Source of the DNA: a bacterium | GTDB lineage: Bacteria; Hinthialibacterota; Hinthialibacteria; Hinthialibacterales; Hinthialibacteraceae | DNA: 54,780 bases | Direction: 5' to 3' | Assembly (NCBI GenBank): GCA_041946805.1 | Contig: JBHGBC010000018.1 | Coordinates: forward strand, 1-54,780 | In this document: piece after piece, positions 8,570 through 18,233 of the stretch | Layout: every line of letters begins with the position of its first letter | How positions within the stretch are numbered: the first letter of the stretch is position 1 | Translations under genes and position numbers: made by a program | The notes under the pieces: generated by a model | The model's input: only the letters and a program-made list of their open reading frames with translations | Told to the model about the DNA's origin: nothing | Database searches by the model: none

Positions 8570-10531
8570 TCATTCTCCCAGCACGGGGAACTCGGTGATC
8601 CGCAGGCGGGTGCTGCCGTAGGGGATCAATTCCAGATCCACCAGCGGCTGGTCCGAAACCACGGGGCTTTGCGGCGGCGCGCCGGCGGAATTGTCCACCA
8701 GCGTCCATTCCGGAAGCATCCGGCCCTTGACCTTCAACACCACCGGCGCGTCGTCATGGCTGAAAGGCGCCGGACTGACGGGCCGGGTATCTACCTGGAC
8801 GCCCTCTTCGGGATGCTCCCGGTCCAGCGCCAGCGCGTAGTTCCAAGGCGTGGTGGGATACACCGCCCAATCGGCCACGGGAAGCGTGTCGTGGTAGGAT
8901 TTCAGTTTCTTGAAATGCTCCCCGATTTTTAACGAGAAATAGAGCGGGCCGCGCCGGAGGGCCACGGAATCGTTGAACCGGGTCTCGGTCCGGATCTTCA
9001 TGGGCAGGGTCAACCGCACGGTGTCGCCGGATTTCCATCCTCGAACGATAGGGAAGAATGATCCCGCCTGGGGACGCAAGACCTCCCCGCCGACAGCCAC
9101 CGAAACCCCTTCCGCCCAGGCCGGGACGCGCAGGTAGAGGGGAAATTCCACGCTCTCATCCATATCGAACAAAAACCGGATGCTTCCATCAAAGGGATAT
9201 TGTGTCTCCTCGGTGATCGTCACCGTCCGGCCGTCCGCCACCTTGGCGGTGACCACGCTGGGCCCGTACGCCACGGCCGCCAAGCCCTGGTCTTGGGAGG
9301 CCATCCAGAGATGCGAGACGAACTTGGGCCAGCCCTGGTGCATGTTGGCGGTGCAACAGCCGAAGTTGGGCTCCAGGCCATAGAGGTTGGACGAATTGCC
9401 GTTGGTGCTCCAATTGCGTTTGGCCACGGTGCACAGGACCTGGTTGGATTGCTGGTCGTACTGATGCGCCCAGTAATCGGGCGTGCAGGTTCCGGGCTGG
9501 GCGTTGTACGCCAGCCCTTCCAGCCGGTCCGACAATTGGGGATCGCCGAAGATCTCGATCAGGTTCTCCAGCGAGTACATGAATTCGACCACCCCGCACA
9601 GTTCCGTGCCCTGGGAGGGATGACGGCCGGATAAATGCTCATCGCCGGAATACCGCCCAGCCGCCTGGCCATGATAGCGGTCCAGATTCTGGATGGCGGT
9701 ATAGGAACCCTGGCGGAACGGCTCGTCTTTCGCCAATTCATAGATCAGGCCGGGATACTTGATGGCCATGGCGATGTTCACCACGTGGCAAGGGTGGCCG
9801 TAGCCGGTCCGTTTTTGGGTCCAGGCGTCGTCGAAGGGGAAATCGATAAAATGGCGGGTCCAATCGAAGCAATTCTTGTAAATGATTTCCGCCGTCTGTA
9901 AAACCTGAGGATCGCCGTTGCGGCGGTAGAGCCAATAGGCGGTGACCAGGTTTTCCAGGGCCCGCACGCCGCGCCAGTCCTTGTCCGGCCAGTCGGGCGG
10001 GGTGTCCGCGAGATACTGGAAATAATCCTGGATGACGGTCAACGCGCGGGCGTCGTGCGCCGCTTCGTAATACTGCGCCAACACCTTGAGCGCCACCGAG
10101 AGGGGCCAGCGGTCCTGATTGCGTTCGGGTCCGAACCAGCCGTCCGGCCGGCTGCTGGCCAGAATGGGCTCGATCCAGGTTTTGACCTTGCCGAGCAGCC
10201 GCGGATCCTCGAGCAGGTAGGCCAGGGGAACCAGGCCGTCCAGGTAATACGGCCCCCGTTCCCAGGCGTCTCCGGTTCCTCCCTTCCAGGCGGACTTGGA
10301 GAGCGATTCCCAAAACTCATCGAGATGCCCGGTGAGGCCGTGGGCCTGGATGGTCAATTGGTCCTTCAGCCAGCCCGCCGGTTTGACAGCCCCCAGGGGC
10401 AGGGCCACGAATTGCGTCCGCTGCAACGGTTCCCGGTTCACGGGATAATGCCGGTTGAGGCTTTCGGCGGCCTGTCCCAGCGACACCTGCCAAACCAATC
10501 CGGCGGCCAGAATCCAGATGCAAGGTTTCAT
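8570..10531 (-). CDS. Secreted glycoside hydrolase, GH127/GH146-like (beta-L-arabinofuranosidase family)
   Basis: Signal peptide; WERGPYYLDG, HVVN, GDEHL, ELCGVVE, CCTAN, TQYPFDG, LRVPAW, RGPL, LIPYG; SD GAGGAGG. Confidence 0.88.
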   Translation of the reverse strand: MKPCIWILAAGLVWQVSLGQAAESLNRHYPVNREPLQRTQFVALPLGAVKPAGWLKDQLTIQAHGLTGHLDEFWESLSKSAWKGGTGDAWERGPYYLDGLVPLAYLLEDPRLLGKVKTWIEPILASSRPDGWFGPERNQDRWPLSVALKVLAQYYEAAHDARALTVIQDYFQYLADTPPDWPDKDWRGVRALENLVTAYWLYRRNGDPQVLQTAEIIYKNCFDWTRHFIDFPFDDAWTQKRTGYGHPCHVVNIAMAIKYPGLIYELAKDEPFRQGSYTAIQNLDRYHGQAAGRYSGDEHLSGRHPSQGTELCGVVEFMYSLENLIEIFGDPQLSDRLEGLAYNAQPGTCTPDYWAHQYDQQSNQVLCTVAKRNWSTNGNSSNLYGLEPNFGCCTANMHQGWPKFVSHLWMASQDQGLAAVAYGPSVVTAKVADGRTVTITEETQYPFDGSIRFLFDMDESVEFPLYLRVPAWAEGVSVAVGGEVLRPQAGSFFPIVRGWKSGDTVRLTLPMKIRTETRFNDSVALRRGPLYFSLKIGEHFKKLKSYHDTLPVADWAVYPTTPWNYALALDREHPEEGVQVDTRPVSPAPFSHDDAPVVLKVKGRMLPEWTLVDNSAGAPPQSPVVSDQPLVDLELIPYGSTRLRITEFPVLGE

Positions 10532-10756
10532 GAACAAAGTGACCTCCTCATTCATCCTATTTCATTGTCAAAATTTTCTCCAAGCGCTATTTCACACCAT
10601 TCTCTTAAAAACAGCGGCGGTTGTACAGGCACGGGAATTCCCCCGGTGGCTCCAAGGGCTTCCTCTCTTCCTCCCGGGCCGGGATTCATGATATAAACAC
10701 ATGAAATTGAAAAAGACCCAATCGTTTCAACCATTCTCCATAACACCAGCGAGGGC

Positions 10757-11746
10757 ATGATGACAACCAACATCAATCCTGATACCCAAGGCGTAACCCG
10801 GCGGCAATTCGCCCAGGCCGGCCTGTTCGGCTTGAGCGCCATGGCGTGGGGGATGCCGGCGTACGCATCGACCTCGGACAGTCCCTCCTTCAAGATGTAC
10901 AAAAACCTGGGCGTGGGGCATATCGGGGTGGACGCCGACCTGAAACAAGCCATCGCCTACGCGAAGCGGTTCGGATTCGAGGGCGTGAATCCCGACGTGG
11001 GCGAACTGGAGAAGATGTCCCCCGCCCAGCGGCAGGGGATCGTGGAGGACCTCAAAAGCAATAACTTGCGCTGGGGCGCGAGCGGCCTGCCGGTGCAGTT
11101 CCGGGAAGGGGAGGAGCAATTCAAGAAAGATCTGGCGTTGTTGCCGGAACGGGCCAAGATCCTTCACGAAGCGGGCGTGGACCGCGTGGACACCTGGATT
11201 TTGCCCGGCCATGAGACACTGACCTACCGGAAGAACTTCGAACAACACCGCGCGCGGCTGGCCGAGGCGGCGAAAATCCTGAAGGACCAGAACATCCGTC
11301 TGGGATTGGAGTTCGTCGGCCCCCGGACTTTCCGCAACCGCTACCGGTTTCCATTCATCAGCACCTCGCCGGAAATGCTGGAACTGTGTGACGCGATCGG
11401 CACGGGGAACATGGGCCTGCTGCTCGACGCGTGGCACTGGCACACCTCGCACGGCACGCGGGAGGAACTGAATCAACTGAACAACGAGAATATCGTCGAG
11501 GTGCATGTCAACGACGCCCCGGCGGGCGTGCCCACGGACGAGCTGGTGGACAACCGCCGCGCGCTGCCCACCGCCACCGGCGTGATCGACCTGAAGAGTT
11601 TCATGAACACGCTGTTCGAGATCGGTTACGACGGGCCGGTGACCATCGAGCCGTTCGACGACGAGTTGCGGAAATTGGATAACGAAGCGGCCTTGAAAAA
11701 AACCAGCGAGGCCATGAAGCAGTTGTTCGGCCTGATCGAGGCGTAA
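10757..11746 (+). CDS. Tat-exported sugar phosphate isomerase/epimerase (xylose isomerase-like TIM barrel)
   Basis: Twin-arginine signal TRRQF; LGLEF, LLLDAWHW, VHVND, GYDGPVTIEPF metal-binding pattern. Confidence 0.88.
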   Translation: MMTTNINPDTQGVTRRQFAQAGLFGLSAMAWGMPAYASTSDSPSFKMYKNLGVGHIGVDADLKQAIAYAKRFGFEGVNPDVGELEKMSPAQRQGIVEDLKSNNLRWGASGLPVQFREGEEQFKKDLALLPERAKILHEAGVDRVDTWILPGHETLTYRKNFEQHRARLAEAAKILKDQNIRLGLEFVGPRTFRNRYRFPFISTSPEMLELCDAIGTGNMGLLLDAWHWHTSHGTREELNQLNNENIVEVHVNDAPAGVPTDELVDNRRALPTATGVIDLKSFMNTLFEIGYDGPVTIEPFDDELRKLDNEAALKKTSEAMKQLFGLIEA

Positions 11747-11783
11747 GTTGTAGCGCCGGTGTCCCGCCGGCATCCGATCCCCC

Positions 11784-12434
11784 TCACGCGGAGGCCGCCT
11801 GGCGGATCATGCGCGCGGGGACGCCGGCCGCGGTCACGCCGGGCAGCACATCGTGGATAACCGCCGCGCCGCCGCCGATGATCGCGTCGGGTCCGATGCA
11901 GACGCCGGGCAGCACGCACGCGCCGATGCCCACATGAGCGCGGTCGCCGATGGTGACCTGGCCGCCCAGATGAACCCCGGGCGAGATATGCGCCCCATGG
12001 CCGACCCGGCAGTCATGATCGACCGTGCAGCCCGTGTTGAGAATGACATTCTCCCCCACGCGGGCGCCGCTGTTCACGATCACCCCCGCCATGGCCACGG
12101 TCCCGGCCCCCAGAACGGCGGCGGCCGCGATCACCGCGTGGGGATGGACGGCGGTCACCAGTTGATAACCCAGTCCGGTCAACAGGGCGGCGCGTTCCTG
12201 GCGCGCGCGGTTGTCCCCGATGGCCACGATCGCCTGGCGGACCTTTTTCCGCCGGGAAGGCTTAAGGTAGTCTTGAGGAAGGTATACGGGGAGTTCCACG
12301 AAGGTCCCGCCCGCTTTGTCGGGATCGTCATCCAGAACCGCGGCGATCTCGAAGCCCATCAACTGGAGAATATCCACCACCACTTTGGCATGTCCACCCG
12401 AACCGTACACGATCATCGGGCCAGCAAGTTCCAT
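11784..12434 (-). CDS. Sugar O/N-acetyltransferase, NeuD/PglD family
   Basis: YGSGGHAKVV, VAIGDNRAR, hexapeptide repeats, VDHDC, AGVPAR; start at MELAGP. Confidence 0.92.
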   Translation of the reverse strand: MELAGPMIVYGSGGHAKVVVDILQLMGFEIAAVLDDDPDKAGGTFVELPVYLPQDYLKPSRRKKVRQAIVAIGDNRARQERAALLTGLGYQLVTAVHPHAVIAAAAVLGAGTVAMAGVIVNSGARVGENVILNTGCTVDHDCRVGHGAHISPGVHLGGQVTIGDRAHVGIGACVLPGVCIGPDAIIGGGAAVIHDVLPGVTAAGVPARMIRQAASA

Positions 12435-12450
12435 CGCGCGCGCCTTTCGT

Positions 12451-12888
12451 TCATTCCAGGGATGGGCTCTCCAATACCCCCGCCGCCAGTTCCACCAGTC
12501 CGTCGCGCAGGGAAGCACATACAATGGACGGCGACCGCGGATGCGTCAGCTGCCACACATCGCGCGAGTCCTGAATTCCGGGAGTCATGACGGGGTGAAA
12601 GTCCGTCTGTTCAAAAATGAACTGGAGCAGAAACTCCAGGGAGGGTAGAAAAAGACAGGCGGGATTCTCGTCCCAGTTCTCCACGTAAAGGATTTGCCGC
12701 GCGTCGAGGGGAATGCCGGCGAGATCGTCGACCAGCGCCAAGGTCCGGCCTTCGATGGCGGCGATCAACATCGGTTGGCCTTGGTAAAGGATCCACCCGC
12801 CCCACTCGGGATCCAGGCGGATCCCCCGGGACCGGCATGCCTGCATGAACCGTTGGTACAAGGGAAGTTGATCGTAGGGTTCGGTCAT
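12451..12888 (-). CDS. Hypothetical protein
   Basis: ATG overlaps the TGA of the upstream gene (ATGA coupling at 12885-12888); fills the operon gap; globular-looking sequence. Confidence 0.7.
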   Translation of the reverse strand: MTEPYDQLPLYQRFMQACRSRGIRLDPEWGGWILYQGQPMLIAAIEGRTLALVDDLAGIPLDARQILYVENWDENPACLFLPSLEFLLQFIFEQTDFHPVMTPGIQDSRDVWQLTHPRSPSIVCASLRDGLVELAAGVLESPSLE

Positions 12889-14471
12889 TCGGCGCTTACC
12901 ATGTAGGGGGGAGGCCCGAAATCGCGGTCTCCGAACACGATGGCTTCGTAAAGAAAAATTTCGATTTGGGGATCTTTCCAGGCCTGGGCTTCGAGTCCCG
13001 CCTTGACGCAGGTGGCGTCCAGGAAGGTGGAGACGTCCCATCCCTGTTCGGTGGCCACCTGAGGCAGCAGCGTGCCCGCACGAAACGAACCGGACCGCGA
13101 ACGGCCCTGGACTTGTAATCCATGCCGTCCGATCTGGATTTCCCGGATATCCTTCACGGACCGCCGGGGGGAAAGCACCGAGATCTGTATATCCACCATT
13201 GGCAGTTCATCCAAGGTGACGGAACGGAAGCGGATATCATGGGAGGCGGATTGCACGGCCATTTCGCCGACCAGCCGGTAGAGCGGCTGGCTGTCAGGAT
13301 CGAAGCGGCCGAGGCAGCCGCGCAATTCGCCCTGATTTTTCAGGGTCACGAACAGGCCCGCCTTGATCAGGAGGCGCGGATCGGTGACGGCGGGCTGATA
13401 TTTTTGATGATTCAGAAACGTCCAGATGCCGCGGCGGGCGATGTCCAGAAGGATTTTACGCTCTTCCGGCGTAAAATAGAACTCCTCATGGAATTCGATT
13501 TTCGCCTCCCCCTCCTTTACGGCCGCGGATCCGGCCGGCGCGTAAATGGCGAGCGCCCCATATCCCACCACCTTGTCGTGTTTTCCCATGGGGCTGTCGC
13601 CGCTGTTGCGGTAAGCCAGGATTCGGGCTTCCGGCGCGCCCAGCCCGCGGGCGGCCTCCACGGCGGCCAGCATGGCCGCGCTGCCGCACATGATGCATTT
13701 CACATTGTGGGCGGGATCCCAGTTGAGCCGCTGGTAATCCGCGTAGATGGTTTGGGAATCCAGGGTTTCCAGGGAGGCGAGCATTTCCCGGTCGACTCGA
13801 TTCGCGACTTCATAGGGGGGATAATGGCTCATGTCGGAGGAGACCACGATCAGCACGTTTTTGCCGGCCTGCTTCCGGAGAACGCGGGCGACACATTGTC
13901 CTACCGAGCGGCACAGTCCGGGTTCCGTATGGGTGATGAGGATGGCGGCGGTTTGAGCCCCGGGGAACACGGTCTGCACAAAGGGAAGGTTCACCTCGAT
14001 GGAATGTTCATTGAGATACGCGTCCCACTCCGCGGCCAGCGGACCGCTTTCCTCCAGCAAGGCGGCCGTCAGTTCCAAATCCACGGACACGCGGCCCAGG
14101 GGCGTCTCAAACGAATGCCCGGAGAACACGCCGGCGCCCTCCACGCCCCGGTGGGCCAGGGCAAGGAACAGCACGGTATCCGGATGCTGGTTTTGAACAT
14201 GCTTGAAGGAGAAGCCCGCGACCGGGCCGGAGAACACATAGCCCGCGTGCGGGGTCAGGACCGCCAGGACCTTTTTGGATGACGGTTCGATGTCCGCCTC
14301 CGCCAGGTAGCGGCTCACCTCGGAGGATAGTTCTCTCGCGCCGCCCGGGTAGAACTGCCCCGCCGCCACCGGTTTCATGACATCATGGGCATGGCTCGAG
14401 AAAAGGTTCATGGCATTGTCCAGCGCCTGCCTGGTTGGATCCGGGAGATTGAGGTCACGGGAGAAATCCAC
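12885..14471 (-). CDS. amrB: AmmeMemoRadiSam protein B (MEMO1) - protein A (AMMECR1) fusion
   Basis: MEMO1 motifs PVAAGQFYP, PHAGYVFSG, EHSIEVNLPF, SSDMSHY, MCG, NSGD, VVGYG; AMMECR1 motifs GLFVTL, LRGCLG, DIRF, ISVLS, GRHGL, TLLPQV, KAG; exact start uncertain. Confidence 0.92.
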   Translation of the reverse strand: MDFSRDLNLPDPTRQALDNAMNLFSSHAHDVMKPVAAGQFYPGGARELSSEVSRYLAEADIEPSSKKVLAVLTPHAGYVFSGPVAGFSFKHVQNQHPDTVLFLALAHRGVEGAGVFSGHSFETPLGRVSVDLELTAALLEESGPLAAEWDAYLNEHSIEVNLPFVQTVFPGAQTAAILITHTEPGLCRSVGQCVARVLRKQAGKNVLIVVSSDMSHYPPYEVANRVDREMLASLETLDSQTIYADYQRLNWDPAHNVKCIMCGSAAMLAAVEAARGLGAPEARILAYRNSGDSPMGKHDKVVGYGALAIYAPAGSAAVKEGEAKIEFHEEFYFTPEERKILLDIARRGIWTFLNHQKYQPAVTDPRLLIKAGLFVTLKNQGELRGCLGRFDPDSQPLYRLVGEMAVQSASHDIRFRSVTLDELPMVDIQISVLSPRRSVKDIREIQIGRHGLQVQGRSRSGSFRAGTLLPQVATEQGWDVSTFLDATCVKAGLEAQAWKDPQIEIFLYEAIVFGDRDFGPPPYMVSAE

Positions 14472-14726
14472 CGGTACGCGCCCAAAGCCACCAGTCCGCC
14501 AAACACCCCATCTCCGCTAGAAACACGATTGACCGCACCGGGACCACCCTTTTTTTCTATTTTAAATAGGTTCTCATGAAAAATGAAGCGGATAGGCGGG
14601 AAATCCGCGGCAGGGCCGGACTTGGCTTCCGGAATTTCCCGGGGGGCCGCGATACTTCAGGCCGCGGGAAACGTTGATGCTATGATCATCCACCGCCACA
14701 CGAATCCGGGAGATGCACTCAGTTCA

Positions 14727-15695
14727 ATGATTCGAACCTGGCCTTGTTGGTTGTTCTACCTGGGATGGCAGGTTGCAGCCGTCCTATCTTCCGCGTCTCC
14801 CCAGCCGCTGCCCTCCGCCGCCGGGGTTTACTATGCCTACATGAAAAACGCGGCCCTGGCCCATCACTGGAAGGGCACCCTGCAGATCAATTATCAGCGC
14901 ATGTATATCCGGAAGGTTGACGACCCTTTGCGCAAGGAGTTGGAAGCGATCTTTTCCCTGCCCTGCCAGGATCCACTCTATCAGACCCATCCCGCGCTCT
15001 ATATGAAAAGCCACGTCCAGATGAACTGGCTAACCACCCTGGATGAAAAGTCGCTGTCCGGCCGGCAGCAACTGGTGGATTCGTACACGCACCTCACCGC
15101 CGTCCATCCCAGCCTCGCGGCCCCCCCGGACGCCATTCTCCGGCGGTTGATCCCCTTGACCGGCCTCGAATTCCGTTTCTCGTTCCCCGCGGCTCCCGGC
15201 CAGGCCACTCCCACGGCCCCCCGGTTCCTGTTGCCGCCGGAACTGGCGGCCTGGCACTATCCCCCGAATCTGTGGTATCCCCTTCCGGCACTGACCGGTT
15301 TTCCAAAAGACCTGAAGGCGGTCCAGATCCGGTCCCAGGAAGCCGGTTCCATCACGTATGTCTACACACCCGCGCAACTGGATCCGGGATTACTCCTGTA
15401 CTTCCGCGATCTGATCCGGCGGCCCCAGCTGGACTTGAGGGATTTGACCAATATCCTCATCCTGGATCCCTTGTCCAACAGCTGCCGCTCCTTCTCGATC
15501 ACCTGCCAGGCGGACGGCAAGCAGCGGCCGTTGCTCAGTATCGCCCACGGAGACGCCGATCCCGCCTTGCAGCCGTTTCCGGTCCCCGCCATTTCAACCC
15601 TCTTCACCAGTTTTCTGGTCGAGGAGGGGGACAAGCCGGCCTGGAACACCAACTATTTCTGTCAAATGAACCTGCTGCGGATCACGCCTCATTGA
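14727..15695 (+). CDS. Hypothetical exported protein
   Basis: Long ORF divergent from amrB with a hydrophobic signal-like N-terminus (MIRTWPCWLFYLGWQVAAVLSSA); no family recognised. Confidence 0.6.
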   Translation: MIRTWPCWLFYLGWQVAAVLSSASPQPLPSAAGVYYAYMKNAALAHHWKGTLQINYQRMYIRKVDDPLRKELEAIFSLPCQDPLYQTHPALYMKSHVQMNWLTTLDEKSLSGRQQLVDSYTHLTAVHPSLAAPPDAILRRLIPLTGLEFRFSFPAAPGQATPTAPRFLLPPELAAWHYPPNLWYPLPALTGFPKDLKAVQIRSQEAGSITYVYTPAQLDPGLLLYFRDLIRRPQLDLRDLTNILILDPLSNSCRSFSITCQADGKQRPLLSIAHGDADPALQPFPVPAISTLFTSFLVEEGDKPAWNTNYFCQMNLLRITPH

Positions 15696-17133
15696 GCGGG
15701 GGGGATTCCGTATGGTCCCGGCCCCCGGCCGCGCGGAAGGGGATTTTCCAGCGGCCCCGGATAAAGTGCGCCAAAGTCAGGAGCAGTTGGACCAGTGGGG
15801 CCAAGGCCCAGGCGATCCAGGGCCCGAAAAAGTCCAGGGAGGAGAACATCGTGAAACCATAGGCCAGCGGCAGCATAAGCAGCCACTGGGAGAGGATGGT
15901 AAACCGCAGGGGTGGCCGGGTATCGCCCGCGCCGGTGAAGACACCGCTCACGACGATGGCCACGCCGTTGCAAAATTGCTCGAGGGCGATGAAGCGCAAA
16001 GCCCAGATACCCAAGTCATGCAAGGCCGCCGAATCCGAAAAAAAACGCATGACCGGTCCGGACGCCGCGAAGATCAAAAGACTGGCGGCGCCCATGACCG
16101 CCGTGCAGAAGGCAATGGACGTCCAGCCGTACGCTTCGGCGGTTTTCATGCGCCGCGCGCCGATGCTTTGACCCACCAGCGCCGCGGTCGCCACCTGAAA
16201 GGCCAAGGCCGGCATGACCACCAGCATCCGGATCTGAAATCCGACAGTGGCCGCCGCCACCGCGTCCGCCCCCCGGGTGGTCGCCGCCAGAATGCTGAAA
16301 AACAGAATGCGCGCCCCATTGCGGAAAAAGCCTGAAAAACCGGAAGGCAGGCCGATATCCAGAATCCGGCGGAACAAAGCCCAGTCAAAGCGGGCGCGGA
16401 CCGCGAAATGAACCGCCCGCGTGGGATTCAACAAGATCCACACGGCCCAGGACGCGCCGATCAGGCGGGCCAGGAGCGTCGCGCCGGCCGCTCCCATGAC
16501 CCCGAAAGCGGGGATGAGTCCCCACCCGAAAATGAGAAGGTAACTGAAAACGATATTCAATCCGTTGGAGACCGTGGCGATCTTCATGGGGGTCTTGGTG
16601 TCGCCCTGCGCCCGGAACACGGCATTGGTGGTGTAATTGATCATCAAAAAAATCACGCCCCCCATGAGCACCTTCAGGTAGGCGGTTCCCCCGCGCAACA
16701 CCTCGCCTTCGGCGCCCAACAGCCGCAGGGAAACATGGGCCAGGGCATAGCCGGCCGCGCCGAACAAAATCCCCGAAAGCAAGGCCAGAATCAGGGAATG
16801 ATAAGCCACCGCGGAGGCGTCGGCAAACCGCCGCGCCCCGTAATTCTGCGCGATCAGGGTGATGGTCCCCGTGGTGATCGAGAGCGTGCCGATCATCAGG
16901 ACCAAGAAAATCTGGCGGGAAAAACCGATGGCGGCCACGGCCTCCGGCCCGAGATACCCGGCGAAATAAATGTCCACCAATCCCACGCCGGTCTCCATCA
17001 GCGAATACATCACCGTGGGCCAGGCCATTTCCCACAGCCGTCCCAAAAGGGCCGAATCCAGGCGTTCCGCCCAGGGGACGGCGTTGCCCTTCGCACCGGC
17101 CGCTCGGGGGGAGGATATTCCATTCCATTTCAT
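15682..17133 (-). CDS. MATE family efflux transporter
   Basis: About 12 TM segments; AWP...VDIYFAGYLG, FRAQGDTKTPM, GLP, GAGDTRPP duplicated-half pattern. Confidence 0.93.
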   Translation of the reverse strand: MKWNGISSPRAAGAKGNAVPWAERLDSALLGRLWEMAWPTVMYSLMETGVGLVDIYFAGYLGPEAVAAIGFSRQIFLVLMIGTLSITTGTITLIAQNYGARRFADASAVAYHSLILALLSGILFGAAGYALAHVSLRLLGAEGEVLRGGTAYLKVLMGGVIFLMINYTTNAVFRAQGDTKTPMKIATVSNGLNIVFSYLLIFGWGLIPAFGVMGAAGATLLARLIGASWAVWILLNPTRAVHFAVRARFDWALFRRILDIGLPSGFSGFFRNGARILFFSILAATTRGADAVAAATVGFQIRMLVVMPALAFQVATAALVGQSIGARRMKTAEAYGWTSIAFCTAVMGAASLLIFAASGPVMRFFSDSAALHDLGIWALRFIALEQFCNGVAIVVSGVFTGAGDTRPPLRFTILSQWLLMLPLAYGFTMFSSLDFFGPWIAWALAPLVQLLLTLAHFIRGRWKIPFRAAGGRDHTESPPLNEA

Positions 17134-17321
17134 GGCGAATCCGCCTCTTTCCCCGTCACCTTAACCCGGTTGGAACCTGACTGAAAAGGGGAATACCGTT
17201 TCTTTCCCGGAGGGGAGGCTAGCCGCGGCGGGCGTCTTGCTTGAAAATGCCTCGTACCCTCCCGGCGGCGGACGGCCGGGAAGATCCGAAAGTTCATTGC
17301 CCATTGGCGAGGCGGAGAAAC

Positions 17322-18233
17322 ATGGCGCCCAAATTCATGACGGATCACCGTGAAATCCTGTCCGGCATTTTCCTTCCGGTCACCACTCCGTTCCGGGAGG
17401 ACATGCGTGTCGATCTCGACGCTCTCCACGGCAATATGCGGTTTTACGCCCAAACGGGAGTCAAGGGTTTTCTGGCCCTGGGCAGCAACGGAGAAAACCG
17501 CTGCCTGCGGGAAACGGAAAAACGCGAGGTGCTGGAAGTCATACTCAAAACCAAGCGGCCGGACCAGATTGTCATGACCGGCTGCATTTATGACAGCACG
17601 CCCCTGACGGTGGAGTTCATGGAAACCGCCCGGTGTCTGGGCAGTGACTACGCCACCTTGCTTACTCCCTCCTATTTCCGGAAACAGATGACCCACGATG
17701 TGCTGGTGAATTATTTCACCGAATGCGCCGAGAGCGTCGATATCCCGGTCTTGTTGTACAACGCCCCGGGATTCACCGGCATCACTCTCACGCGGGAGAC
17801 CGTGTCGGTTTTAGCGCGGCATCCCAACATCGTGGGGATCAAGGACAGCGCGCCCAGCGGCATCGAGCAGTTCATTCCCCTGGACAGCCCCGGATTTTGC
17901 GTGATGGCGGGCTCCGTGAGTTTCATCTATCCCACCATGCAGCTGGGATTGCGGGGCGGCGTCGCCAGCCTGGGCAACGCGTTCCCCGAAGCCGTGGTGC
18001 AATTGTGGACCCTGGGATTGGAGGGGAAGGAGGAGGAAGGGCAGGCGTTCCACGAACGGTTGCATGAAGCCAACCGGCGTGTCAGCGGCGCCTACGGCGT
18101 CCCGGGAGTCAAATGCGCCATGGACCTCGCCGGACTGAACGGCGGCTATCCCCGCAAACCTCTGCGGCGGCTGGAAGGCGCGGACCGGGAGGCGGTGCGG
18201 CAGGCGCTGGTGGAAACCGGACTCTTGTCATGA
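17322..18233 (+). CDS. DHDPS/NAL family class I aldolase (HOGA-like GSNGE motif)
   Basis: PVTTPF, LGSNGE, LYNAP, HPNIVGIKDS (Schiff-base Lys), GVKCAM. Confidence 0.9.
   Translation: MAPKFMTDHREILSGIFLPVTTPFREDMRVDLDALHGNMRFYAQTGVKGFLALGSNGENRCLRETEKREVLEVILKTKRPDQIVMTGCIYDSTPLTVEFMETARCLGSDYATLLTPSYFRKQMTHDVLVNYFTECAESVDIPVLLYNAPGFTGITLTRETVSVLARHPNIVGIKDSAPSGIEQFIPLDSPGFCVMAGSVSFIYPTMQLGLRGGVASLGNAFPEAVVQLWTLGLEGKEEEGQAFHERLHEANRRVSGAYGVPGVKCAMDLAGLNGGYPRKPLRRLEGADREAVRQALVETGLLS

Noticed and set aside
17322..18233. Calling the aldolase dapA
   Set aside because: GSNGE motif and coupling to a sugar kinase argue against lysine-pathway DapA
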